Translations under genes and position numbers: made by a program
Shown here: positions 1-8,725 of the stretch, piece by piece
Position numbering within the stretch: position 1 is the first letter of the stretch
Layout: each line of letters begins with the position of its first letter
Origin: Candidatus Micrarchaeota archaeon
GTDB lineage: Archaea; Micrarchaeota; Micrarchaeia; Norongarragalinales; SBBD01
Assembly (NCBI GenBank): GCA_043806595.1
Contig: JAZDGU010000027.1
Span: 1-20,178, forward strand
Direction: 5' to 3'
DNA length: 20,178 nt
The notes under the pieces: model-generated
Database searches by the model: none
What the model was told of the DNA's origin: nothing
What the model saw: only the letters and a program-made list of their open reading frames with translations

Positions 1-78
1 AATTGGAAGAAAAACCAAACAGAATAAGGGACAACCTTCACGACGCGGTTTTCCCTTTACAACCCTTTCCCTGCGCAG

Positions 79-132
79 CGGGCCTCTCATCCCCGCCTTC
101 CCCCTCACGTCAGGCGGGGGTTTCCCGGCCCG
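79..132. repeat. GC-rich nested inverted repeat resembling an IS200/IS605-type end hairpin or REP-like element
   Basis: Inner stem CCCCGCCT (91-98) pairs with AGGCGGGG (112-119). Outer stem CGGGCC (79-84) pairs with GGCCCG (127-132). The TCATCCCCGCC...GGCGGGG..TTTCC layout resembles IS605-group ends. Confidence 0.5.
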
Positions 133-139
133 TCACTAA

Positions 140-180
140 AAGATAAGATTATATATCCTTTTAGTAATATAAAAATATAC
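140..180 (+). promoter_or_regulatory. AT-rich archaeal promoter region of the first TA operon
   Basis: Strongly AT-rich island containing TTATATAT upstream of the ATG at 198; SD-like GGTGGT precedes the start. Confidence 0.55.
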
Positions 181-197
181 ATTTCGTGGTGGTATAT

Positions 198-479
198 ATG
201 GAGGTAATGGTCCGGCTGGACCGCGCTGTGGAAGACGTCGTCGAAAGACTGCTGGAATACGGCTACTTCAAGACGCGTTCCGAAGCCATCCGCGCAGGCC
301 TGTTGGGGCTCGGCAAGGAATACGGAGTGCTGCCGACGCCGCAGGAGCTCGAGGACGAGCTTGCCGTGAAGAAGATGCAGAAAATGGGCGAGGAAGTTCG
401 GAGCGGCAAAGTCAAATTAACCCCGCTGGACGATATGCTGAAAAAGAGCGCGGCCGCAAACCACCGGAAACGAGGCTAG
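198..479 (+). CDS. Ribbon-helix-helix (CopG/Arc/MetJ-like) antitoxin
   Basis: MEVMVRLD beta strand followed by VERLLEYGYFKTRSEAIRAGL, the typical archaeal RHH pattern. It lies upstream of a RelE-like gene. ATG 198 is preferred over GTG 186. Confidence 0.8.
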   Translation: MEVMVRLDRAVEDVVERLLEYGYFKTRSEAIRAGLLGLGKEYGVLPTPQELEDELAVKKMQKMGEEVRSGKVKLTPLDDMLKKSAAANHRKRG

Positions 480-516
480 ACAGCGCTTTAAAACAGAGGC
501 CCGGGCCGCTATATGC

Positions 517-786
517 ATGGATGCGGAAAAGAGCCGGGTGCTGATTCACCCCAATGCCGAGGCGGGATTCCTCAAGCTCGACGAATCTGTCAAGGGCAGG
601 ATAAGGAAGAAGCTCAGACAATTGGAAGGGAGCCTGCCTTCAAGACACCTCGGGCACGGATTACCGTACTTCGTAGAGGAAGCCGGCCAATACAGAATTG
701 CGTTCGAAGTTGACTCTGAGAGGAAAATGAAGATCGTCCATTTCATTGGATCGCACAAGGAATACGAAAAGTGGCTCAAGAGCTGA
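517..786 (+). CDS. RelE/ParE-superfamily toxin
   Basis: 89 aa with the RelE-type pattern HPNA..FLKLD.SVKGRIRKKL...GQYRIAFEVD...IVHFIGSHKEYE. Confidence 0.78.
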   Translation: MDAEKSRVLIHPNAEAGFLKLDESVKGRIRKKLRQLEGSLPSRHLGHGLPYFVEEAGQYRIAFEVDSERKMKIVHFIGSHKEYEKWLKS

Positions 787-888
787 ATTCGGCAACTGGC
801 GAATTTTCATTGCGCGGGCATTGAATTTTTTAACCCTCGCAGGCTAAACGCATTGACTCGCCAGACTCAACTAGAGGTGTTCAGGCAT

Positions 889-2070
889 ATGGCAGACTTG
901 TCGTTCATGGCCCAGGCGGTTTCCGAAATCAGGGCCAACAAGCTCGAGTGGAGGCTCTACACGCTGCAGGGCCCGAGCGTGCCCCACGCGCGCGTCAACA
1001 ACAAGAACGTGCTGATGCTCTGCTCGAACAACTACCTCGGCCTCGCGAACCACGAGAAGCTCAAGGATGCCGCAAAGCGCGCGGTCGACTCCCACGGCGC
1101 GGGCAACGGCAGCGTGCCCGCCATCGCCGGGACGATGGACATAATGCTCGAGCTCGAGGACAAGCTCGCGAAATTCAAGCACTCGGAGGCGGCGCTCGTG
1201 ACCCAGACGGGCTTCGCCGCGAACGCGGGGCTGATTCCGGCGATGACCGGCGAAGGCGACCTCATCATCAGCGACGAGCTCAACCACGGCAGCATCATCG
1301 ACGGCGTGAGGCTCAGCAAGGCCGAGCGCGCGATATTCAAACACCGCGATCCCTCTTCGCTGGAACAAGTGCTCAAGGAGAAGGCCAAGGCGGCCAAGCG
1401 CGTGGTGATCGCGACCGACGGCGTGTTCAGCATGGACGGCGACGTCGCCCCGCTCAAGGACATCCAGAAGCTCGCCGACGAATACGGCGCAATAACCTAC
1501 GTGGACGACGCGCACGGCGACGGCGTCATGGGCCCGGAAGGCAGGGGCACCATACACTACTTCGGCCTCGAGAGCAAGGTCGACGTCGACGTCGGGACGT
1601 TTTCGAAGGCCTTCGGCGCATTCGGCGGCTACATTTCGGGCAAGCGCGAGCTCAAGGAGTTCGCGTACAACAAGAGCCGCACTTGGCTGCTTTCCGCGGG
1701 CCTTCCCCCGAGCGTGCTTGCTACTGTCTCGGCCGCGATCGACGTCATGCTCATGGAACCCCAGCATTTGAAGAACCTGTGGGACAACACGCGCTACTTC
1801 AAGAAGAGGCTAGCCGAAATAGGCTTCGACACCGGCTCCAGCGAGACGCCGATTACGCCCGTCATCGTCGGCGAGAGCGCGAAGGCGCAGGAGCTGAGCT
1901 CGCGCCTCTTCGCCGAGGGCGTGTTCGCGCTGCCGATAGTGTTCCCGATGGTGGCCAAGGACAAGGCGAGGATCCGCACCATGATGAACGCCGCGCTGAC
2001 CAGAGAAGACCTCGACTTCGCCCTGCAGAAGTTCGAGAAGATTGGCAAGTCCCTGAAGATCGTAGGCTAG
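889..2070 (+). CDS. kbl: PLP-dependent alpha-oxoamine synthase family enzyme, most likely glycine C-acetyltransferase (2-amino-3-ketobutyrate CoA ligase)
   Basis: Motifs CSNNYLGLANH, SDELNHGSIIDG, TDGVFSMDGD, VDDAHG, GTFSKAFG (PLP lysine) and ARIR. SD GAGGTG lies upstream of ATG 889. BioF or serine palmitoyltransferase activity cannot be excluded. Confidence 0.8.
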   Translation: MADLSFMAQAVSEIRANKLEWRLYTLQGPSVPHARVNNKNVLMLCSNNYLGLANHEKLKDAAKRAVDSHGAGNGSVPAIAGTMDIMLELEDKLAKFKHSEAALVTQTGFAANAGLIPAMTGEGDLIISDELNHGSIIDGVRLSKAERAIFKHRDPSSLEQVLKEKAKAAKRVVIATDGVFSMDGDVAPLKDIQKLADEYGAITYVDDAHGDGVMGPEGRGTIHYFGLESKVDVDVGTFSKAFGAFGGYISGKRELKEFAYNKSRTWLLSAGLPPSVLATVSAAIDVMLMEPQHLKNLWDNTRYFKKRLAEIGFDTGSSETPITPVIVGESAKAQELSSRLFAEGVFALPIVFPMVAKDKARIRTMMNAALTREDLDFALQKFEKIGKSLKIVG

Positions 2071-2118
2071 GAAAAGGGTTTTAAGGCCGCCGCTCGGATT
2101 CCCTTCGGCAGAACCGCA

Positions 2119-2529
2119 ATGGAGGAAACCAAGCTTCACCGCGACATCCAGGACGCGCTCTTCGACGTCGACAAGCTGTGCGTGACGAAGGAGTGCATCG
2201 CGCAGCTCCGCCGCTACCGCCAGATGTTCCCCACGAAGGAGGCGCGCCAGCGCAGCAAGCGCTCGGTTTTCTTCCAGAAGTTCTTCAGCGATTTGCACCA
2301 GGACGCGATGATATGCTACCTCGAGAGGGCCAAGGGATGGCCGTTGAACCACATGCAGGAGCACCTCGCGAGGCTCGAGGTCGACACGCAGGTCAACATC
2401 GCCATCGCCGCCAACTGGAACCACGTCATAGACTTCTACTCGCAGTGGTTCGACCGCTTGGAGCAGGAGTTCGACCGCATGTACTTCACGCCCGGGAGTG
2501 CGGCGCAACAGGAAAACAACCGATGGTGA
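2119..2529 (+). CDS. Hypothetical helical protein (136 aa)
   Basis: Host-like GC3-rich codon usage and a TTTTAA box about 35 nt upstream; no recognisable family. Confidence 0.7.
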   Translation: MEETKLHRDIQDALFDVDKLCVTKECIAQLRRYRQMFPTKEARQRSKRSVFFQKFFSDLHQDAMICYLERAKGWPLNHMQEHLARLEVDTQVNIAIAANWNHVIDFYSQWFDRLEQEFDRMYFTPGSAAQQENNRW

Positions 2530-2574
2530 GCAGGCATTCCACGCGAACCTAACAATAACCCGAAGAAGAGCCTG

Positions 2575-3312
2575 TTGGTCGTCAAAACCCCGATCCGACT
2601 CGCCGGCGGAAAAACCGCGGTTGCAACGCTTTTCCATCCCCCTCTTGAAGCCGAAAGATGGAGGCTGGCGGGGTTGGTGGTCCATGTCGTAAGCAAAAAG
2701 AGAGTGCTGCCAGAGGCGGCGCTCGACGGGATGAGGAGGAGGCTTGCCGAGCACGGCATCGCGGTGATGGAAATCGATTCCGGCATTCCCCGGAAAAAGG
2801 CGCTTGAAGCCGTCGAGGCCGCAAGGAATGCGGCGGGGGTCAGGGGATTGCTCACCCGGAAAACCGCGGTTCTCGGCGAATCTTTCGGCGCGAGCTCAGC
2901 GCTCGCGCTCATGCAGGCAGACGCCGCCAACTACGCAATCATGCTGAACCCCCGAGCCGGAGGAAATCACGTGATCGAATACAACCTCCTCAGGAATTCA
3001 AAGTTGGTCATCCATGCCGACAAGCCATCGGGGAAACCGGGCGAGAGGAAACTTCTAAGGGGAATTAGCGAGCCGTTCAGCCAAGGAAGGTGCTCGTTCA
3101 TCCACGTGCAGCACCGCGAGGGCGAAGCCTCGCGCAGGCACTGGCAGACCACGGGAATGGCGATAGCGGAAGCGCTCCGCAGCCACATGCAGGTTCAGAG
3201 GTTCAAAGACAAGGAATTCGGCAGCTGGCCCGAATCTGCCGATAGCGTTCTGGACAGGCACGAGAAAGACCTTCACGACCGCATCAGAACTTACAGGAAA
3301 GACCGAAAGTGA
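2575..3312 (+). CDS. Hypothetical protein with an alpha/beta-hydrolase-like G-x-S-x-G elbow
   Basis: TAVLGESFGASSALAL, preceded by LAEHGIAVMEID. The start (TTG) is uncertain. Confidence 0.5.
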   Translation: MVVKTPIRLAGGKTAVATLFHPPLEAERWRLAGLVVHVVSKKRVLPEAALDGMRRRLAEHGIAVMEIDSGIPRKKALEAVEAARNAAGVRGLLTRKTAVLGESFGASSALALMQADAANYAIMLNPRAGGNHVIEYNLLRNSKLVIHADKPSGKPGERKLLRGISEPFSQGRCSFIHVQHREGEASRRHWQTTGMAIAEALRSHMQVQRFKDKEFGSWPESADSVLDRHEKDLHDRIRTYRKDRK

Positions 3313-3335
3313 AGTGCGGAGGCCGGCATCCGGAA

Positions 3336-4580
3336 TCAGCGCAGGAGCTCCTTCGCCCTCTCCGCGGAAACCCGGCCTTCCTTGGACATTTTCTTAGCGA
3401 CCTCGTCGATTTCCCTTCCCTTTGCCCCCGCGGCGATTGCGACGTTGCGGGCGTGCAGCTCCATATGCCCGCGCTGGATACCTTCCGTGGAGAGAGCGCG
3501 CAATGCCGCGAAGTTGTTCGCGAGGCCGGCGCACGCGGCGACTTCCGCGAGCTCGCCCGCGGACTTGACGCCCAAGATTTTCAGGGAAAGCTGCGCGAGC
3601 GGATTCGACTTGGTCGCGCCGCCGACGGTGCCAAGAGCGAGGGGGAGGGCTATCTCGCCCTCCAGGTCGCCGGACTTGGTCTTGCGGAATCTCGCGAGCG
3701 GGGAATAGCCATGGCCGTATGCGGCGTAGGAGTGGCACGCGGACTCTACCGCGCGCCAGTCGTTGCCCGTCGCAAGCACGACGGCGTCGACGCCGTTCAA
3801 TATGCCCTTGTTCGACGTGGTCGCGCGGAACTGGTCGGCTTCGGCAAGTGCAGCGGCTTCGACGACTCCGTTGACCACGTTTTCGCCGACGACGCCTTTC
3901 TTCCACACCGCCTTCGCCGTGGCCAGGCGCTCGGGGCAGAGGTTCGACAGAACCTTCAGCCTCGCCCTTCCGCCCGCGGCCTTCTCCAGCAAAGGTGCGA
4001 CTGCCTCGCACATGGAATTGACGGCGTTCGCGCCCATCGCGTCCCTCACGTCCACGAAAAGCTCTGCGATGACCACATTGCCGAGACCCCTGCCGTCGAC
4101 GGTGCGGGCCTTGAGGTCCCTCGCGCCGCCGCCGAGCCTGACAAGCACGGGGTCGGCGGAATCCGCAGCCTGCAGGATTTCCTCCCTGTCCGACACAATG
4201 GCCTTGACCGCGGCGTCGGCATCCCTTAAGCCTAGAAGATGGATCTGCCCGCGCATGACGGAAATGCCGGCCTTGGCGGTGAAGCCTTCGGGCAGGCAGA
4301 GCTTGGCTGCGTGGCTCGCGGCGGCGATGACGCTCGGCTCCTCGAGGGCCATCGGCACGAGGACTTCCCTGCCGTTGATTCTGAAGTTCGTCGCCAGCCC
4401 CAGTGGGAGGCCCAGCACGCCGATGCAGTTCTCGACCATGCGGTCCGCAGTCTCGATGGAAAGCGCGCCGCCGGCGGATTTCCTTAACAAGGCAATGTCG
4501 TCGGCGGAGAGCACTCCCGCGGACTTCAGCGCGTCCAGGCGCTCTTCAACTGACTTCCTGTAGAAGCCTTCCGTTTTCAC
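3336..4580 (-). CDS. mvaA: Hydroxymethylglutaryl-CoA reductase, class II
   Basis: [39 protein letters not shown] and [13 protein letters not shown] are class II signatures. Start is GTG at 4580 or 4589. Confidence 0.93.
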   Translation of the reverse strand: MKTEGFYRKSVEERLDALKSAGVLSADDIALLRKSAGGALSIETADRMVENCIGVLGLPLGLATNFRINGREVLVPMALEEPSVIAAASHAAKLCLPEGFTAKAGISVMRGQIHLLGLRDADAAVKAIVSDREEILQAADSADPVLVRLGGGARDLKARTVDGRGLGNVVIAELFVDVRDAMGANAVNSMCEAVAPLLEKAAGGRARLKVLSNLCPERLATAKAVWKKGVVGENVVNGVVEAAALAEADQFRATTSNKGILNGVDAVVLATGNDWRAVESACHSYAAYGHGYSPLARFRKTKSGDLEGEIALPLALGTVGGATKSNPLAQLSLKILGVKSAGELAEVAACAGLANNFAALRALSTEGIQRGHMELHARNVAIAAGAKGREIDEVAKKMSKEGRVSAERAKELLR

Positions 4581-4599
4581 GACGACCACGCTCGCATTG

Positions 4600-4740
4600 T
4601 ATCCGACAACCGTTATAAACCGATTCGGCGCACGAGCGGGGGTTCTGCAAACGACGAAAAAAGGTTCGCTGATTGCTCGGATTTTTAAAACCGCACCGGC
4701 ATATAAAGGCCTGCACGGAAAACTCACCGTCAGTGAAACG
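4600..4740. promoter_or_regulatory. Divergent promoter region between HMG-CoA reductase and HMG-CoA synthase
   Basis: TTTATAA on the minus strand at about 4613-4619; TTTTTAAAA (4682-4690) and ATATAAA (4701-4707) on the plus strand. Confidence 0.55.
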
Positions 4741-4743
4741 TTC

Positions 4744-5808
4744 ATGGCAGCAGGCGGGCAGGCAAAGGCGGGAATCGTGGGCTACGGGACGTTCGTCCCG
4801 CGGCTGAGGATAAAGGGCGGCGACATCGCCGCGGTCTGGGGCAAGGATGAAACGCGCGTCACGGAAGGCCTCGGCATCAAGGAGAAGGCCGTCGCCGCGA
4901 TTGACGAGGACTCGTGCACGCTCGCTGTAGAGGCCGCAAAAATCGCGGTGAAGTCCGCTGGAATCAAGCCGTCGGGTATCGGCGCGGTCTTCGTCGGCAG
5001 CGAGAGCAAGCCGTATGCGGTCAAGCCCACCGCGGGGATAGTTGCGGAGGCGATACATGCCACGCCGCACTGCACCGCCGCGGACTTCGAGTTCGCCTGC
5101 AAGGCCGGTACAGCTGGAATACAGGCGTGCGCGGGCATGGCCGCGAGCGGCATGATAGAATACGGGCTGGCAATCGGCTCGGACGCGGCGCAGGGAAGGC
5201 CGAACGACGCTCTCGAATTCAGTGCGGGCAGCGGCGCCGGCGCGGTCATCGTCGGCACGCGGGGCTGCATCGCGGAAATCGACGGCACCTACAGCTATAC
5301 TACTGACACGCCGGACTTCTGGAGGAGGCAGCACGCGGAATACCCGATGCACGCGGGCAGGTTCACCGCCGAGCCGGCGTATTTCCGGCACGTGCTTGCC
5401 GCCGCAAGAGGGCTCATGGAGAGGCTGAAGACGACGGCCAAGGACTACGACTATTTCGTGCCGCACCAGCCGAACGGCAAGTTCCCCGTGCGCGCCGCGA
5501 AGATGCTGGGCTTCGACGACGAAAAGGTGCGGCAGGGGCTGATTACGCCGTTCATCGGCAATACGTACAGCGGGAGCACGATGATAGGTCTGGCGAGCGT
5601 GCTCGACGTCGCGAAGCCTGGCGAGAGGATTTTCGTGACGTCGTACGGCTCGGGCGCGGGCAGCGACGCCTTCTCGTTCACGGTGACGAAGGAAATCACG
5701 AAGCCGGGCAGGCGGCAGGCCGTGCCGGTGTTCGAGCAGATAAAGGACAAGCAGTACATCGGCTACGCGGTCTACGCGAAGCACAGGCGGAAGCTGAAGG
5801 GAATGTGA
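4744..5808 (+). CDS. Hydroxymethylglutaryl-CoA synthase, archaeal type
   Basis: [43 protein letters not shown] (catalytic Cys), [27 protein letters not shown]. Confidence 0.95.
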   Translation: MAAGGQAKAGIVGYGTFVPRLRIKGGDIAAVWGKDETRVTEGLGIKEKAVAAIDEDSCTLAVEAAKIAVKSAGIKPSGIGAVFVGSESKPYAVKPTAGIVAEAIHATPHCTAADFEFACKAGTAGIQACAGMAASGMIEYGLAIGSDAAQGRPNDALEFSAGSGAGAVIVGTRGCIAEIDGTYSYTTDTPDFWRRQHAEYPMHAGRFTAEPAYFRHVLAAARGLMERLKTTAKDYDYFVPHQPNGKFPVRAAKMLGFDDEKVRQGLITPFIGNTYSGSTMIGLASVLDVAKPGERIFVTSYGSGAGSDAFSFTVTKEITKPGRRQAVPVFEQIKDKQYIGYAVYAKHRRKLKGM

Positions 5809-5827
5809 CATTCAAGGGGAATACGAC

Positions 5828-6100
5828 ATGGACCTGAACGAAATCAAGGCGGGGTTCGACGCGCAGGAGTTCTTCGAGCCTACGCCGGCGAAGATCGGGC
5901 TGTTCATCGTCGCGTCGTTCCTGCTCATCGCGATATACGCATACGACCTCTACTGCCCGGCCAAGATGCCGCCGGACCCGTTCTCGAGCGACTGCGTGTT
6001 CTACTTCGGCGGCTACTGGAGGATAGTCGGGTTCGTAGTCGGCTCGTACGTGGTCAGCGCGGCGGCAGTGTTCGCATTCCACAGGCTGGTGAAGAAATGA
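5828..6100 (+). CDS. Small two-TM membrane protein
   Basis: EFFEPTPAK followed by two hydrophobic segments with a Cys-pair loop (C-x11-C); ATGA-coupled to the next gene. Confidence 0.7.
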   Translation: MDLNEIKAGFDAQEFFEPTPAKIGLFIVASFLLIAIYAYDLYCPAKMPPDPFSSDCVFYFGGYWRIVGFVVGSYVVSAAAVFAFHRLVKK

Positions 6101-6342
6101 GTTTCTTGGAGCAGGCAAAGGACTTCCTGAGGCCGACGGGATGGAAACTAGTAATTTCGATGGGGATATGGGCAATATCGGTGTTCATGCTGAAAATATC
6201 GCATTATGACCTGTTCGTGAGGGGTATTTCCGATGCAGTTGACTTCGCCGATATCATCAAAGGGAATGCCATCGCGTTAATTGGATACTATTTGGTTGTC
6301 TGCATCCTGAGTTTTGCAAAAAGCAAGTTGATGAAGAAATGA
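6097..6342 (+). CDS. Small two-TM membrane protein, probable paralogue of 5828-6100
   Basis: DFLRPTGWK followed by two hydrophobic segments; ATGA overlaps at both ends; more AT-rich than its neighbours. Confidence 0.68.
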   Translation: MSFLEQAKDFLRPTGWKLVISMGIWAISVFMLKISHYDLFVRGISDAVDFADIIKGNAIALIGYYLVVCILSFAKSKLMKK

Positions 6343-7499
6343 GGAAGGTTTCCATTGTCGGTGCGGGGCTGTCGGCGTTCGGCGAGCGCTGGGACGCGAG
6401 CTTCCGCGAGATGATGTTCGAGGCGGCGAGCGCAGCCCTCGAGGACGCGAAAATGGAGGGCAAGGACATACAGGCGCTCTACGGCGGTTCCATGGCGCCC
6501 GGAAGGCTCATCGGGCAGGAGCACATCGGCGCGCTCATGGCCGACCAGCTCGGGCTAAACCCCATCCCGTCGACGCGCGTCGAGGCCGCGTGCGCCTCCG
6601 GCGGCGTGGCGCTGCGGTCGGGCTACCTAGCCGTCGCCTCCGGCATGTACGACGTGGTAGCGGTCGGAGGGGTCGAGAAGATGACGGAGGTCAGCACCGA
6701 GGAGGTCTCGTTCGCGCTCGGCGGCGCCGGCGACCAGGAGTGGGAGCTCTTCAACGGGGCGACCTTCCCGGCGCTCTATGCGATGATGGCGCGCAGGCAC
6801 ATGCACGACTACGGCACGACGGAGGAGCAGATGGCGCTGTGCAGCGTGAAGAACCATGCGAATGCAGTGCACAACAGGTTCGCCCAGTACCGGAAGGCGG
6901 TGTCGCTGGACGCGGTCATGGACAGCGGCGTCGTGGCCGACCCGCTCAAGCTGATGGACTGCTCGCCGATCACCGACGGCGCCGCGGCGGTGATAATGTG
7001 CGCGTCGGATACCGCGAGGAAATTCACGGACGCGCCCGTCGAGATCATGGCGAGCGCGCAGGCCTCGGACACGCTCGCGCTGGCCAACCGCGCGTCGCTG
7101 ACGGAAATCAATGCGACGAAGGTTGCGGCGAAGGACGCCTTCCGGCAGGCGAAACTCCAGTCCAAGGACATCCGGATGGCGGAAGTCCACGACTGCTTCA
7201 CGATAGCGGAAATCATGGCGATAGAGGACCTCGGGTTCTGCGGGAAAGGCGTGGGCGGGAAGGCCACGCAGGACGGCGAGACGCAGGTCAATGCGAGGGT
7301 TTCGGTGAACACGAGCGGCGGGCTCAAGGCTTGCGGCCATCCCGTCGGAGCGACGGGAGTCAAGCAGGCCGTGGAATGCGTCTGGCAGCTGCAGGGCCGC
7401 GCCGAAGGCCGGCAGGTCAACAAATTGGAGCACGCTTTGGCGCACAACGTCGGCGGCAGCGGCGCGACCGCGGTAGTGCACATATTCGGGAGGGGTTGA
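6339..7499 (+). CDS. Acetyl-CoA acetyltransferase (archaeal acetoacetyl-CoA thiolase)
   Basis: VEAACASGG, GVEKMT, CSPITDGAAA, EVHDCFTIAE, GHPVGATG, HNVGGSG. Confidence 0.94.
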   Translation: MRKVSIVGAGLSAFGERWDASFREMMFEAASAALEDAKMEGKDIQALYGGSMAPGRLIGQEHIGALMADQLGLNPIPSTRVEAACASGGVALRSGYLAVASGMYDVVAVGGVEKMTEVSTEEVSFALGGAGDQEWELFNGATFPALYAMMARRHMHDYGTTEEQMALCSVKNHANAVHNRFAQYRKAVSLDAVMDSGVVADPLKLMDCSPITDGAAAVIMCASDTARKFTDAPVEIMASAQASDTLALANRASLTEINATKVAAKDAFRQAKLQSKDIRMAEVHDCFTIAEIMAIEDLGFCGKGVGGKATQDGETQVNARVSVNTSGGLKACGHPVGATGVKQAVECVWQLQGRAEGRQVNKLEHALAHNVGGSGATAVVHIFGRG

Positions 7500-7500
7500 G

Positions 7501-7830
7501 ATGCCGCCGTATCCGTTCAGACCGTTGGAAGACGCGGTGAAAAAACCGTACAGCATGAGAAGCGAACGCGAGAGGCACTTTGAGTCTGCCGTCAGGAGCG
7601 CGAAGTCAAGGAGATTTAATGTGAGCAACCATGCTGCGGAGAGGTTGGACGCCCTCGTCAGAGAAGCCGTTAGGTCGAGCATTCCACTCGTGAAAACAAA
7701 AAAGGAACCGTTGAGGTTGCAGCATGTCGCTCACATCGTAGGCTTTCTCTCCCGCGAGCTTGGCGTGAGGCGTCAAGACGTGCGGAGGCACGTGAGGGAC
7801 TTAGCGCTCAACAAAAAAGCCGGTGCATGA
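7501..7830 (+). CDS. Hypothetical basic helical protein (109 aa) inside the mevalonate operon
   Basis: Starts 1 nt after the thiolase stop, and its stop overlaps the DUF35 ATG (ATGA). Arg/Lys-rich with atypical codon usage. Confidence 0.6.
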   Translation: MPPYPFRPLEDAVKKPYSMRSERERHFESAVRSAKSRRFNVSNHAAERLDALVREAVRSSIPLVKTKKEPLRLQHVAHIVGFLSRELGVRRQDVRRHVRDLALNKKAGA

Positions 7831-8237
7831 AAATGGTAAAGGGAGCGATGCCGCTGGTGTGGAGGAGGATTCCCGAGCGGTATTACCTGCGGGGCTCGAG
7901 GTGCGAGAACTGCGGCGGCGAGTATTTCCCCCAGAGGCAGTTCTGCCCCAAATGCCGGAGGAAGGGCAAGATCGTCGAGAAGAACATGCCCGAGACGGGA
8001 AAGATCTTGACGTTCACGCGAGTGCACGTCGCGCCCAAGGGCTTCGAGCACGAGGTGCCGTACTTCATGGCCATAATCGAGCTCGGCAACGGCGTGAAAA
8101 TCCTGTCGCAGGTCGTCGACAGCGACCCCGCGGGCGTGGCCATCGGCGCGCCCGTGAAGATGGTCTTCCGCAAGGTCATGGAGGACGACTGCGAGGGCGC
8201 GATTGCCTACGGCTACAAGTTCAAGGTCACGGGCTAG
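7827..8237 (+). CDS. DUF35 Zn-ribbon/OB-fold protein (thiolase/HMG-CoA synthase scaffold)
   Basis: CENCG..YFPQR.FCPKC Zn ribbon followed by an OB fold ending YGYKF; operonic with thiolase and HMG-CoA synthase. Confidence 0.92.
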   Translation: MKMVKGAMPLVWRRIPERYYLRGSRCENCGGEYFPQRQFCPKCRRKGKIVEKNMPETGKILTFTRVHVAPKGFEHEVPYFMAIIELGNGVKILSQVVDSDPAGVAIGAPVKMVFRKVMEDDCEGAIAYGYKFKVTG

Positions 8238-8721
8238 CGGCCTTGCGCGTGTAGGCTTCCCGAAAGCGTGCCAGGATAGCAGAAGCAGTCTTGCGGGGAA
8301 GCCAGCCTTCAATATTCGGTTCGAATTCATAACGATGCGGCTTTTCCGCAAACTCGACCATGCGCCTTCGGAATTCAGCCTCCGGCAACCCGACGCCTTG
8401 GTTATCGTGACTGGAATAAGATAGAGTACGTCCTGACTTGTCGATAACATGGCTTCCGGTGACGAACCCTGCCGAAATTCTCGAAACTTCAGGCACTCGG
8501 GAATCGAAGCGAGTTTCCGTGAATTCCACTTTAAGGTTTCCCTCCGGCGTGCGGGTGACCCTGAGCTTCACCGAACGCATCGCGATTTCCTCCTGCGATT
8601 TCCGATGGAAAACGGATCGGCGGACGCTCAGCTCCAAGGACTCGGTATTGAACACACGGGGGTCATGCTTGAAAGTCAATTCCCGGCCAATGCCGATTTC
8701 TCGGGGGGGTATCGCAATCAC
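8227..8721 (-). CDS. Hypothetical protein (164 aa)
   Basis: Fills the gap directly downstream of aspS (GTG 4 nt after its stop) and converges on DUF35; beta-rich; no family recognised. Confidence 0.55.
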   Translation of the reverse strand: MIAIPPREIGIGRELTFKHDPRVFNTESLELSVRRSVFHRKSQEEIAMRSVKLRVTRTPEGNLKVEFTETRFDSRVPEVSRISAGFVTGSHVIDKSGRTLSYSSHDNQGVGLPEAEFRRRMVEFAEKPHRYEFEPNIEGWLPRKTASAILARFREAYTRKAASP

Positions 8722-8725
8722 GATC

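Noticed and set aside
871..2084. Long alternative-frame and antisense ORFs over kbl (also over HMGR, HMGS, thiolase, aspS, herA and GPI)
   Set aside because: Shadow ORFs expected from high GC3; low-complexity Arg/Gly/Ala translations with no motifs.
4581..4745. Overlapping N-terminal extensions of HMGR and HMGS
   Set aside because: The region holds TATA boxes, and family similarity starts at about 4580 and 4744.
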